Assembly (NCBI GenBank): GCA_965649765.1
Contig: OZ287759.1
Location: 12,586,001 to 12,650,000, forward strand
Source of the DNA: Bispira polyomma
Lineage: Eukaryota
Direction of reading: 5' to 3'
Length of the DNA stretch: 64,000 nucleotides
The notes beneath the pieces are model-generated. The model made no database searches. It saw only the letters and a program-made list of their open reading frames with translations, and was not told the origin of the DNA. The translations under genes were made by a program, and so were the position numbers. Each line of letters begins with the position of its first letter. Position 1 is the first letter of the stretch. Shown here piece after piece: positions 51,694 to 64,000 of the stretch.

Positions 51694-52057
51694 TAGTGGG
51701 TAAATTGTTTATCGATATCGGCAATTATTGTTTGGGCTTTTGCGTGCCCATATCGATGTATAATACCAACACATCGATATCATAAATGACACATATTTTA
51801 CTTTAGGATAATATTTTTACAATAATTTTAATGATATTTTCAGGTAAATTCCTCTTTAACTATGCATTATAATAATTTTATGTCCATTTCTACTTGTAAA
51901 CATATTTAGTGGTTCTTTCTTTCAGTTTCATTCGGGCAGGTTATTTTTTTTAGAGTCGTTGCGGTTACTTCACAACTTTCTTGCTATCTCTCGATATCGG
52001 CCTATATTGAAGTTATTTTACTATCGATCTCTACCAACCCAAACGATTTACCCACTA
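51694..52057. mobile_element. hAT-type MITE
   Basis: TIR TAGTGGGTAAAT / ATTTACCCACTA; perfect 8-bp TSD GACAACAG. Confidence 0.9.
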
Positions 52058-53285
52058 GACAACAGCTAAATAATTCTTAAGCAGTCAAGATTAACTTCTT
52101 GTGACTTCACAACTTATCAGCTGACACTTTACCTTGCTGAAGCACTGGACCAAAAATTTATGATTTAGTTCCGATTACAATGTTTATTGGAAGAAATAAA
52201 GAATCATTGTTTAAATAACCTGATATAGTGACACAATACCTAATATCTAAAGGTATATCTGTGATATTGAATTACTATAGGCTTTTAGGTCTTGCCATGT
52301 AACTGTTTTACAATTGAAATGTCACAATAACAATGTTTATGGTTTTGGCACTGCCTTACAAAAATAATACATTAAAGTGTCATTTACTGTGATGCAGCAA
52401 CAATCTGTGCTTAATGTTTAATGAAAAAGCAGTTATTTAATTGCCCTAAAGCACACTTTAAATATTTTTATCCATGTAGTATTGTCAATAATTATTGAGT
52501 TCTTGAACCAATTTAGTATATTAACTGTCTGTCAAATTCTTTTTCAGTATGAACTACGACTAAAAAACTGGTTTGGAAAGTACGGCCTTTTGTGAATATG
52601 CATTGTCTTTTTAAAAAACAGTGGAGATTTTTCTATTCATTTTACATGATCAAGGTAGTTTACCTCTGCCAGCTGTAACTTATAATTCAATTGAAGAAAA
52701 TCCTGTGACATTATTTGACCATTATACCTTAATATGTCTCTTAATACACATGTGCCTTTAAAATACAACTTAATTTTACATATTTACTTGAGGTTCCTAA
52801 TTTATACAGTCATTCACCAAATATGGTAATGCCTGAAAATAAGAATGTAGTCCTCCAAAAAACTTTACAAATATTTACCAAAAATAAGAACCAGAACAAA
52901 AGTGACCTACCAAAAAGAACTTACCTTTTTGATTAACGTGTACTTGCCCAAATGTTTAAAAGTTTTACAAGTATTATAATTACTTCTGAGCAGAACCATA
53001 TGTAAAACCTAGGAAATATAAGATTAAAGTGATTAAGTATTTAATAAAAGTATTGTCGAGGACAGAAAACTCCTTCTAAAAATACACCTGACATATTATT
53101 GGAAGTGAAATATACTAAGTTAAGTGTTGTCAAATTTGTTGAAGAGGTTAGTCGTTCTATTTTTAAAAGTCTGGACATAATGACGGTTCACATAAAAATT
53201 ACATACATTTGTGGATTTTATTTTCAGGCTTAATTCTTTCGGTTATAGACTAAACTAAACTAAAATGATCGGCCTAAAATTCAAG

Positions 53286-53293
53286 TGACGTCA
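53286..53293. promoter_or_regulatory. CRE palindrome upstream of Rab18
   Basis: TGACGTCA about 80 bp upstream of the Rab18 ATG. Confidence 0.4.
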
Positions 53294-53373
53294 TCAGTTT
53301 TGGTGTATTTTTCCTTAACATCTTTGTACTAGTTTGACTGCTAAAACGCAAATTGTGAATAAATGCCCACAGA

Positions 53374-56300
53374 ATGGAAGAACATGAAGTTTTAACCACG
53401 TTAAAAATATTAATAATCGGGGAAAGTGGTGTTGGTAAATCTAGGTGAATATGTTAAGACTTGTATCAATATTTGGGGTAATAGACACTAGACCAGTTGA
53501 CTCAGTTTTCAGAATACAGTTCGGGAAAGAGCAGAATTCGGGAACAGTTCCTGAATTCTGCAACCCTAAAGTTCTTGAATTCAGAAACGTTTCCAAATCC
53601 AGGAACTTTATAAAATTCATGTTTTAAAAAGAACAAAAAAGTGGTTAATTTTGCAACCATTTCTGGGTAAAATTTTGGTTTTTGAATTTCTTCACAAATT
53701 TTTAGTGAACTGTAACCTACTAATATAACGAAACAATGGATTTTTTTCAAGCAACACAAAAAGTTTTTCATTTAATAATGTATATTCACATAACAGTTAT
53801 CATAAATTAGCAATTTGTTTAGTTATTAATATTCCCAAAATTTCCAAATTCAGGAAATTCAGTGTTGCAGAATTCAGGAAGGCCTAAAATTTGGTGTATG
53901 ATGTTAAACGGGGTTTCCAATGTACCTAAAAAAAATTATATTTATCGTAAAATATGTACAAAGTAAATACAGTACGTCAAAAACCCCATTGTGTCGAAAA
54001 CATGATGCATGACTATACAATGCAGAAGTATTGCTTCTTTGTGAATTTATTTACATTATTGTTAAACAGGGTTGAGATGAAAAACCCACTCGGGTATTAC
54101 CCTCCCAGGAAAACCCGGTAAACCCGTACTGGGCAATACTCCCAAAAGTGGGCAATACTCCCAAAAGGGTGGGTAATACTCCAAAAAGTGGGTAATACTA
54201 GAAAATGTGGGCAATGCAATTTTTTATTTAAAAAAGACCTTTAATAATATTTTATATTCAATTTCTTCTATATAAGTCAATGTTAAACAATTTTTTTCCC
54301 CCACAAGTTGTAACTGTTCAGCAATTTATGGAAACTAATGAAGGGTTCAAATTATTTCCCTTTATATAAAGCACAAGTGTAAAATCATCATAATAAATGG
54401 CACCGTCAAAAGCACAGTATTTAAATAATTAAAAGCCAAGAAGCCACAGTACTAGGAATGTCTCTAATGTGACATGGTGTAATGTCAAGTAAAATGTATC
54501 TTGTGACAGAAAGGATTAGCCACTCAACTCAAACCTTATGTGAACAATTTATTGAAAATGCCTATTTTGTTTGTGTATGTGTGTGTCAATTTGTAAGTCT
54601 TTAGTGTTTGAGCTAGACATTGCTTTAAAGCATATATCTGAAATTGCATAAATTTTGCCTTAGTCTAAAAATATAATCTTAAAAGTGTTTTTGTTGTTTT
54701 TTAATGAAATTTAATAGTTTGTTGTCAGTGTAGGAACCACAACAGTAATTTAATGCATAGTCAAGTCTTAAATTTTATTAACTTACATATTTTTTTTGAT
54801 GAGAAAACCTATTTTATTGTGATTACTGTGCTTTTTGTTGCATCAAAATTCGTCGGGGAAATAGATATTCAAGTTTAAATACTGGTATCCATCTTTCTTG
54901 GTTTGAGGTACATGTATATCTGTTCAAGTGTCTTGTTTATGCTGGACGATTGGAACTAAGACTGTACACCTGATCTTTCCTCAGATCTACAAACCAGCTT
55001 TTTGGCAAGTAGTAAGAGCAATAAATAGCTATGTTAGTACTTCGATTTGGTATGAACAAAGCACTAAAAGTTAACTTAAACAGATCACGTGCATATTTTG
55101 TTACATTAATTGTTATAACGTAAAATTATTGTAAAAATGAAGTCGTAATCAGGAAGCTCTCATAAAACCTTTTCTGTAGATTGCCTATGTTAGTGTCCTT
55201 TTAAATGTTTCAATTTTTTTTAAATCTCAACTGAAAGGAAATTGCCGATATTTTGCGAGATTTGGACATACTCTGTCGCTATTCTATAGCACTCAAAATG
55301 CTGAATTGGCTTATTATGGACCATTATTTTTCAAAGCACTAATGTCATGAAGATGATGGTTGTTTAGTAATAGCAAATCAATCAAGATCACAACTAGTTT
55401 GGTCTTGTTGATTCATGGCCTTTTAAATTCGATATTTGGCAGCTTTTTTTTGTTAACCAAATATGGTTTATATTAATTACATGCCCAGATAATACTTTAA
55501 CATCTGTAGATTAAAGTACAGTTCTAATTTTTGCCTAAAACTTTATGAAATAAGTCCATAAAGACATAATTCAGCTAAAATATTTACGAGACGCAAGGCT
55601 ACTAGCATGGTCATGTCGCTAGTTTTCATGCCACTACTGTTTTTCATGTTTTTGCTTTTTATATAGTAAACAAACAGATCTTGTGACATGAGGTGTAAAA
55701 AGACAATTTAAGACAACATAGTGAATTAAGGCAACATATTAACTATGTTGCGGTTCACATCCAATACCGTTTACATCCAGTACCAGGGGTGTATACTAAC
55801 TTTTTCTCTTCAGTTTTATGTTTCTTCCAAGTTGCTACAGTATATATATTTGAAAATGACACATGATGTAATATAATGTAACTTGTAATGTTTACTTTTG
55901 TAATACTTTCAGCTTGTTGTTGAGATTCACTGATGACACATTTGATCCTGAACAGTCAGCAACAATTGGTAAAATTTGTTTGGATTTAACATCATTGCAC
56001 CTTAGGACCAATTCTTATTAGCATAAGTAGCAGGACTCATTTATTTATATTTTAGAGTATTTATGTAGCGCTGAATTTATATAATGCCTCCCCTAAAGCG
56101 ATTCTTCCCTGAGGATGAATAGTCTTGTAACAAAGCATTGGTTGTCACCAATGCGCATTACTAGGCAAATGCATCTGCACGTTTTGCCTGAGGATATAAT
56201 CGAGGAGTCGTACTACTGGGCCCTCAAAACCAAGGACCTTCTAATCACCAGATCATCTCGCGCCATGAAAGAGCAATGTTCTAGTCATAGTTTCTTGTTT

Positions 56301-59300
56301 GAAAGATCTTCTTTATTTTTTTATTACTTTTGTCACCATAAGTCAAACAGATTTATTTTGTTCTAGAGGAGTTGTTTTATTTTTAATGACACATTTTTGG
56401 TGTTTTTCTTTTTCAGGTGTTGACTTTAAAGTTAAAACTCTTGCAGTGGATGGGAATAGAGCATAAAAGAGTATTTTTTCTATTACTTTTGTCACCATGA
56501 GTCGAACAGATTTATTTGGTTCTAAACTAGTTGTTTTATTTTTAATGACACATTTTTGGTGTTTTTCTTTTTCAGGTGTTGACTTTAAAGTTAAAACTCT
56601 TGCAGTGGATGGGAATAGAGCAAAGCTTGCAATATGGGTAAAGTGTCACTCTGTCATTTTATTTTTAACATAGTGATGTAACTAATGCACCCAAACGTAG
56701 AACTTTACTTAAAAATCCACTGGAGATGCTTAATAAATAACCACTGTATGATAATGATAGTATAGACTGCAGTCTTGGGTACATAATTGTATCCACCGAA
56801 GTAATCTTCGTTGGATACTATGGATTAGTCATCGTTACGCCGCCGCCGCCGTGTCAGTGTGTGTAGAGATTTTACTGTTACTGCTCTCCCGGACAAACTT
56901 TTACACCTAGGCTCATGAAATTTACAGAAAATGTTCTTTATAACAAAACCTTGCCTGGGAATAATTTTGGCCTCATTTTGACAAACAAGATGGCCACCAG
57001 GGCATTTCTTTGAAAATAATCAGGCTTTTAACTGTGTGTTTCTATAGAAAATCATGGTCTGCTAATCTTTTGCTGTGATCAGATTTGACCTAGTTTGGGT
57101 ACAGCCGAAACTGTTTTGTCTTTGTGGTGGATACAAATATGCATTGGTTCTCCGATGCACTAGGTCTAGTTAAAAAAATAATGTATGGAAATATTGGTTT
57201 TTTACATGTCAAAAATATTTGCAATCACATCAGCTGGGTTCAAAATAACTACAGTTGAAGAATTGAAATGTTGTATTTTTTTTGTATAATGATGTGTTGT
57301 GATGTATGATAAATGTGTGGTAAAGGTTTTAAAGTTTCATTACCTGTCGTACCAACCGAGGGAAGAGGATATTTTGTTATTTAAAAGTATAAAGAATTAT
57401 GTGAAATGGTAATTGATTATTTGAGGGCTAAAGCATTATATTAATTCACAGTTCTCTGTTACGGTATGTTGTATCGTGATGGTTTCTAGGACACTGCTGG
57501 TCAGGAGAGATTCCGTACACTAACCCCAAGTTACTACAGAGGTGCACAGGGTTGTATACTGGGTAAGTTCTATATTCTGCCAAAGATGTCCAAAGACCAT
57601 TAATTAGAAAGTGTCACACTTTTGTTGAATGGTGTTTTTAACAATAGCTGCACTGAAGCGGGTTGGTGCACCAGTGGGACAATAAACAGAAAATAATCCC
57701 TTGGCAAACAAATATAATACTTGGCCTTTGCTTCAAGTAAACAAACTATTAAAAAAGTGACTTAAAATCAAAGAGTGTGACCTTGACATATGTTTGATTA
57801 TTTGCTATGCCCATGGACTCTACGATTGTATCACTGATTCTGCTGTTGCGCTTTAGAAGATGCCTGGCATCAATAAAGTGTGTTAAAAATTCATAATAAT
57901 AATAATTAATGCCTAATATTAAGTATCCAACTTTGAGTATTACCATATCCATGTATTTTGAAATGCTGGGAACATTTACAGTTGTTCTATTTACAACAAA
58001 AATTAGTAATAATCGAATTACACAGAGTCTACGATATCATTTCAACCATGGATGTAAATAAGGGTGTAACAATATATTGAAAACTCAATATATCCAAATA
58101 CAGTATAATGCAATACAAAATTGGAACCAAAATGTTTACAGTACTATCTTTAAAATTTCGGTTTTTACTGTATTTAGCTATAGCTAATAATTTGTAAAAA
58201 TTCACATTCATTTTGTACATTTGACTTGTGACAATATATTCTATATTTCATATTTCTGTTATTGTCATTAATATGTTACATTCTTTGCTAAAGAATACAC
58301 TTATACCAACAAATTTTTTATAGAGCTAAAGTTTACATAAGACGCTTATTCAAGTCAAAAGCCGACACAGTTTTGTATATATTTTGTGTTTTTTTTGTAG
58401 TTTACGACGTTAGCAGCAAATCCAGCTTCCAGAAGCTCGATCAGTGGCTCAATGAATTAGAAACTTTTGCTACTAAGCACGACATCGTGAAAATGCTTGT
58501 GGGAAATAAAATTGATAAGGTGAGGGTTGTTGTGTGACACTAATTTGTTAATGGCTACTTGCGCGAGATACCCTTGTCATATTGAAATTTATACTGTAAT
58601 CAATATCTCTATTTGCTTGGAAGTTAGGATTCAAAATAACATGAGAAATTTTTTAAGATCCCTTTAAGTATAACCTCAATGAACCGGGAGAAATGCCACT
58701 AGTTCTTAAGAAGCAGGATTTCCACTTCACCTTAAAAACCCTTTGTGGACTGTAGCTATATTTTTCTGTATATTATATGGAAATTGAATTTACAAAGTTT
58801 TAACTTCAAGGGGCTCTTAGGGGCCATGGTGGTTAAAAGCGTTTACTAATAATTACTGGTCTCATCAATGTGGATTTGAATCCCGTTCTTTCCTTTATGT
58901 GGGAAAGTTTGTTGGAAAGTTACCGTAGGTTGGTGGTTTGCAGTGCTTTAGCACTGGTGTCTTCCACCATTCCACCATCTGGCCGTTGTAATATGAACTA
59001 AGCTGTTGAAAGCGATGTAAAACCCACCTTAATTCAAGTTCAAGCTGCTCTTTTGTTACTTCTGTATTGGATAATAGAAGGGGATGTAATAGAGGTTTGT
59101 CAGTGTGGTGAGTACATGTGATGACCCCCTTTAACTCTAACGTTACAGGGACAAGGGGGATGTGCCCCTACTTAAGGTAGTCCTATATTTCAACTTGACA
59201 GGGTAGATTTAAAAGAAAAGGCCTTTTTGGAAACTACAAATTTGTATTCACATAAAAGTGAAATTTACATAACGGAGTTTTTACTTAAAGGGGTTTACCT

Positions 59301-62300
59301 GTATAATTAGATAATAAAATGTCAAGTAATAGGAGTTTTTACTGTGTACAGTTGATGAAGTTTGTGCCCATATTCTGCTAAGAAACTCACACTTAACGTA
59401 TTTTGGGGCTATTCTTTGCGCCGCCTAGCGACTGACACAGACATTACGGGGATTTCCCAGTATTTGTACTGCTGACATGTACTGGCACTGCCGCCCTGGT
59501 TTTGAAAGCTGGGTATTTGTATTTAAGTTTGAATATCTCAGCCGTTTCTCAACGGATGTTGATGCAATCAAAAGCTCAGGAATCGCAATAAAATAAGCTT
59601 TATTACTATATTTTTGTGCAAACTTTATCTTTAGTAACTTCTGAGTTATTAATAAATAATCATTATTTTGTTGAGTGCAAATCCGGCAAAAATGACTTTT
59701 TGAAAAGTAAATGTTCTGTAAATGTAGCCCTTAATTGTAATTGTCCCTATACAATTGCTATTATTATTGTTATTAAGTTAGTAGAGAATATATATTTGAT
59801 ATTTTCATAGTTTCACTCAGTTGCTACAATTTTAAACAGATGCGATCACTCCGAAATTATTTTAACAAAAACATTTTTTCAGACTTTGGTATGAAGCTAG
59901 ATATGGGACAAGATTGAAAGGTTATCAATTATTGTGACATGTCAAATGAAAATGAGACTGGTGACCCCTATTTTTTCATTATGATTCATTAATACATACA
60001 TCATAGCATATGTAGAAAAAAAATCTGTGGGTTGAAATTCTTTTTATTGTCCTTTTTATGTTAAATAATGGTCCTAAAAGCTCCATTTCCCTGTATTTTC
60101 AATAGGGAAGTGGAAATGGGACATACCATTTTGATGCTCATGTAATTTGAAAAATAGCGTGGTGACATGTACTTTTTTTAAAATTTTTGGTAGGGGTGAG
60201 ACGGGCCCAAAAAAGCGGCCCGAATAATCGCTAGCGTCTAAACGATCTGAAACCGGGTACCCGCGAATTTAATATGCACCAATCTCGGAAACCAGTCTAA
60301 CAAAATGGCGGCAGATGTAAACAATATCTATCGAAAAATAAAGGCAAATATCTTGGGGAATATTAGAAATTAGAAGGAAAACGTATGTTGGGAGCAGGAA
60401 TTAGACCAAAGTTATTGTTTTCACGAAGTGAATTAGGATTATACGCGATAATGACAGATTTTTACTATAAAACGTATACGTTTTCGAGTGCCCGAATAGC
60501 AATTTTGCCCCGGTTTTCCCAAAAATTCGACCCGTAATCGGGTAACCGGCCCCCTTGTCTCACCCCTAATTTTTGGTTTGTCCATTATATTATCTCTTAT
60601 ACCTGAAATTTTTTGGAAAATCTGTGGGACAGAAAAAATGGTAGCGTACTACCTTAACTCAAGTGTAGGCTATGTGTGTAAATGTTGTATACAGAGATAA
60701 CCTGTACTTGTGACTAGAGACGTCTTTGTGTACCGCGATATCGTGAAATCATCGAGAGAAGGTATAAGTTTAGGTATCGTGATTACAGTTTTGAAATCGT
60801 GATATTGTGGGGACTTTCCATTTCACTTCTTGTTTTAGGCACCTGGATACAAACCACTAAATTTAATGCATCAGTTCATTAATTTTAGAGCAATGTATAG
60901 ATTTAATAGGAAAAACATGACCAAGTAGAGCATAAACCTGTTGGTATTTCCTAAAATATAGCAAAAAAATTGACCAATAATCTTACAATGTAAATAAATG
61001 AAGCCAACAAAGATTTTAGAAAAGACTTTATGTACATATATTTAATCGTGATATTATCGTGATATCATCGTAAAAATCTAGTGATATCATGATGACAGTT
61101 TTTCAAATATACCGTCAGATTTGATGTCTCTTTTCTCTAGCCAGAGATATGGAGATATTAACATGAGCCTGAGAGATTTTAGGAGAATATATACGATCCC
61201 CTGTTAATTTGTCGCATCAGGATACACGGGAAGTGACGAGAGAAGAAGGGTTGAAGTTTGCCAGAAAGCACCACATGTTATTTATAGAAGCAAGTGCCAA
61301 GACCAAAGAAGGAGTCCAGTGTGCATTTGAAGAGCTAGTCGAAAAGGTTTGAATATAGCATTACTAAGTTTCTAGAAACTCTCCTTGGACCTACTATTTC
61401 AAAAAGGTCTTAACTCTAAACTTGAAGTAGGAGTCTGTAGTCACAGTGGATGTTTATTTTAACCCTAAAATATTGTTGGGTCTTGTTGATTAGAGGGTCT
61501 TGTAAATTCGATAATTGCCGTTTTTCTTGATTAAACAAATGTTTTTTGAGTCATTTACATTACAAAATCTTATTTTAACATCTATAGATTAAAATACACC
61601 CCGAATTTTCTCCAAGAACAATATTTGTAAATCTGAAATAAGCCCATAAAAAAGTGGTTAAAACTCGCAAATTTTTGAGACCCCCAGGCTACTGTAATAC
61701 ATGTAATTCATTATACAGTGAAAACCGGTTAACTGGAACCTTAAGGAACCATAACAATTTGTTCTGCCAATCAGAAATTCTACTTAATGGAGTAATTTTT
61801 AAATTAGAAATATAGTGATAAGAGCTTATAATAATTTTATACTTAAAGGCTAATTCCACTAACCAGAGTTCTACATAAATGGTTAATTCGAGTTTCAAGG
61901 GACCATAACAATTTGTTCTACTTAACAGGAAATTTATCATAACAGGGTAAATTTCACCTAAAAACATATAGTGATGGGACGTTACAAGAACTTCTACTTA
62001 AGAGATAATTCCACCTATCAGATTTTTACATGAATGAGCTATATTTAATGTGGCTATTTTATGTGGCTATTTAATGTGACTATGGCCGAGATGTCTGTTG
62101 AACATGGCTGTTGCAGGTGTGAGAGGTATTATAAAAGTGTCTGAAACTGAGTTTAATAAGCCCTTTGTGCAAATAGAATTCACTGCGATACCTCTCCACA
62201 GATAACGTGCTATCTCTAGTTTTTTGTCAGTAAATGGATGATTCAATGAATATTTAAGCATTCGTCGGTGTAAGCATCCATAAACTTTGATTTGTTCGGA

Positions 62301-62799
62301 AATTAATATAATTTTCAGGGTAAAAATGGTGTCAGGGTAAAAAAGGGTGTAATACTGGGCAAAATTGAAATTTTCTAAATTTTAGTAGTCATCTTCAATT
62401 TTCATGATTTTTCGTTCACAAATTGGTAATTATCTCAGAAACCTATATATCCAGGGCGGGGATTAGTACAATGTTTTATTGTCTTGTTTTTGTTTGGTTT
62501 TAAATCATAAACACAGCAAATATCTCAGAAATGGTAAAAGAGAAACTGATTTCGAGCCAACTTTGAACCTGTCAGGGTAAAAAGGGTGTAAATACATGTC
62601 AATATTGAAATTTTGGCAGCCATCTTGAATTTTCATTAAAGGGCGAATATTTCAGAAGCCATATGTTGTTCTTGTTTGCTTTCAGATCATCCAGACACCT
62701 GGACTTTGGGAAACAGATCAGCGAGGGTTTTCAGTGAGAGGGAAGGACATGTCAGGGAATCAGAATGGTGCTTGTGGTGGATATTGTGCACTTACATAG
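53374..62799 (+). CDS. RAB18: Ras-related protein Rab-18, 206 aa; exons 53374-53444, 55913-55968, 56576-56637, 57490-57562, 58401-58519, 61221-61346, 62686-62799
   Basis: [76 protein letters not shown] and C-terminal CGGYCALT. All introns are GT-AG; 621 nt in frame. Confidence 0.97.
56314..56622 (+). repeat. 159-bp-period tandem duplication of Rab18 intron 2 3' end plus partial exon 3
   Basis: ~56314-56463 vs ~56472-56622; the acceptor and the first 47 exon nt are identical. Confidence 0.93.
56787..57170 (+). mobile_element. Helentron-associated (HINE/DINE-1-like) non-autonomous element
   Basis: Subterminal inverted repeat TTGTATCCACC / GGTGGATACAA, (CCG)n microsatellite near the 5' end, 3' hairpin TGCATTGG-TTCT-CCGATGCA, terminal CTAGT. 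Confidence 0.7.
60191..60568. mobile_element. hAT-type MITE
   Basis: TIR TAGGGGTGAGAC / GTCTCACCCCTA; perfect 8-bp TSD ATTTTTGG. Confidence 0.92.
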
Positions 62800-63208
62800 A
62801 CACTCATTTCTATAGATTCTTAAATGCAAGCATGATGTGTTTGTTTCTTTGTTTTAGAATTTTTGTAAATTGGGAAAGTCAAACCGCATAGATGTGACCT
62901 ATTTTCATTGCTATACATGGGTAAAATACGGGGTTGGGGTGAAATCCTTTTAAAAGGATTTAAATCCAAATCCTGTGTCAGATATTGTCGTCTGGTATAA
63001 TTTGTTCGAACTGATTATCCTTTCAAATGCTTTAAAAAAAAGGATTTAAATCCATCAAATCCAAACCCTTTAACGATTTAACCTCAACCCTGGTTCAGTA
63101 AAAAAATATATAAGGGCAGTAAATTGATGTTGTAATAGTTTTGAATTGAGAGTGTGAATATTGCCTATGTATCGTGTTAGAGTAGGTATATTTTTTTTTG
63201 CTCCTCAT

Positions 63209-63600
63209 TAAACCTAATAATCTGTCCCTATTTAGCGAGATTTCTTAATGTTATTTTGACAACGGACTCACAAAAAGGGACATAATGGCTACCATAAGCA
63301 AAACGTTGCAAATCAAAATCGGTAGAAAAAGATATAGAATCTGGTAAAAATAAATACATCTCCTTATTCCTTATATTTGGTATAGTAGCGAATTTTCTGT
63401 TATTTCATGCCAACATAGTACATATCAATAAATATAAAATAAAAACTAAACCACAAACATAGCCACACCTTTGTCGGCCATGGTACGTCAAGCTAAATTT
63501 ATCAATTTTGCTTATGGTAGCCGTTCTGCCCCTTTTCGTGAGTCCGTCATCAAAATAACAGTAAGGAATCTCGCTAAATAGGGACTGATTATTCAGTCTA
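63209..63600. mobile_element. MITE with ~100-bp TIRs and 9-bp TSD (Mutator- or AcademH-like)
   Basis: 63209-~63310 is the imperfect reverse complement of ~63497-63600; TSD GCTCCTCAT (63200-63208 / 63601-63609). Confidence 0.85.
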
Positions 63601-64000
63601 GCTCCTCATGTAAACAATTTTCATCAACATGTGTTTTTTGCTGTGTTCATGGAACCAATTGCATGTTAATACCTATATTTGAGTGAATCATTCATATTGG
63701 ATCCAAGTGTTGAGTGCAGTGAGAAATATATCTGAGCAATTAAGAAGCCACTGTACAGCACATTGTATACAGTATAGTAGAACCTCTATTATGTGAACAT
63801 TTTGGAGAAAAGCAATATCTTGTTTGGATAAAAGAGTGTTTATAAAATAGATGAGGCTTTTCTGTATCAATCAATAGAAAAATGAAAATTTAGGAGAGTG
63901 AAATTGAGTTCGCAAAAGCAAATATTTGGTTAAATAAAGTTTGGATAATAGAGGTTCTGCTATACTTATCTTCATGTATTTTGAGCGATATATACAGGGA

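Noticed and set aside
44787-53374. Shared bidirectional promoter for Spc25 and Rab18
   Set aside because: The genes are divergent but 8.6 kb apart with transposons between them, and Spc25 has a plausible proximal donor and promoter at ~44910-45110. A distal donor at 52924 exists but is unsupported.
59392-60656. Kolobok-like TTAA element hosting the 60191 MITE
   Set aside because: The right end TAGCGTACTACCTTAA is suggestive, but no convincing matching left TIR could be fixed.

Overview
AT-rich, intron-containing animal genomic DNA, probably a marine invertebrate; lophotrochozoan is an inference from the repeat types. Six host genes can be built by hand. (1) The 3' part of a Dispatched-family RND/sterol-sensing transporter (+, three exons visible, 5408-11571). 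(2-4) A tandem triplet of divergent DEG/ENaC channel genes, each with two coding exons (-, 16962-34577). (5) Kinetochore gene Spc25 (-, 7 coding exons, 38400-44787). (6) Rab18 (+, 7 exons, 53374-62799). The rest is dense with transposable elements: decayed L2/CR1/Tx1 LINEs, tRNA-derived SINEs, many MITEs (several with intact target-site duplications, TSDs), a solo LTR, a DIRS/Ngaro gag remnant and a pogo-like PHD remnant. There are also two insertions of a miniature LTR element (TRIM) whose LTRs carry a tRNA-like Pol III cassette. The most interesting items are the ENaC-like triplet, the tRNA-LTR TRIM, a Dispatched copy with no visible furin site, and a partial duplication of Rab18 exon 3 that creates a poison acceptor. 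The triplet shows different pore motifs, shared loss of a thumb disulfide, a conserved upstream element in two copies and one GC-AG intron, and is a candidate heterotrimer. All assignments come from reading motifs by eye; no searches were run.
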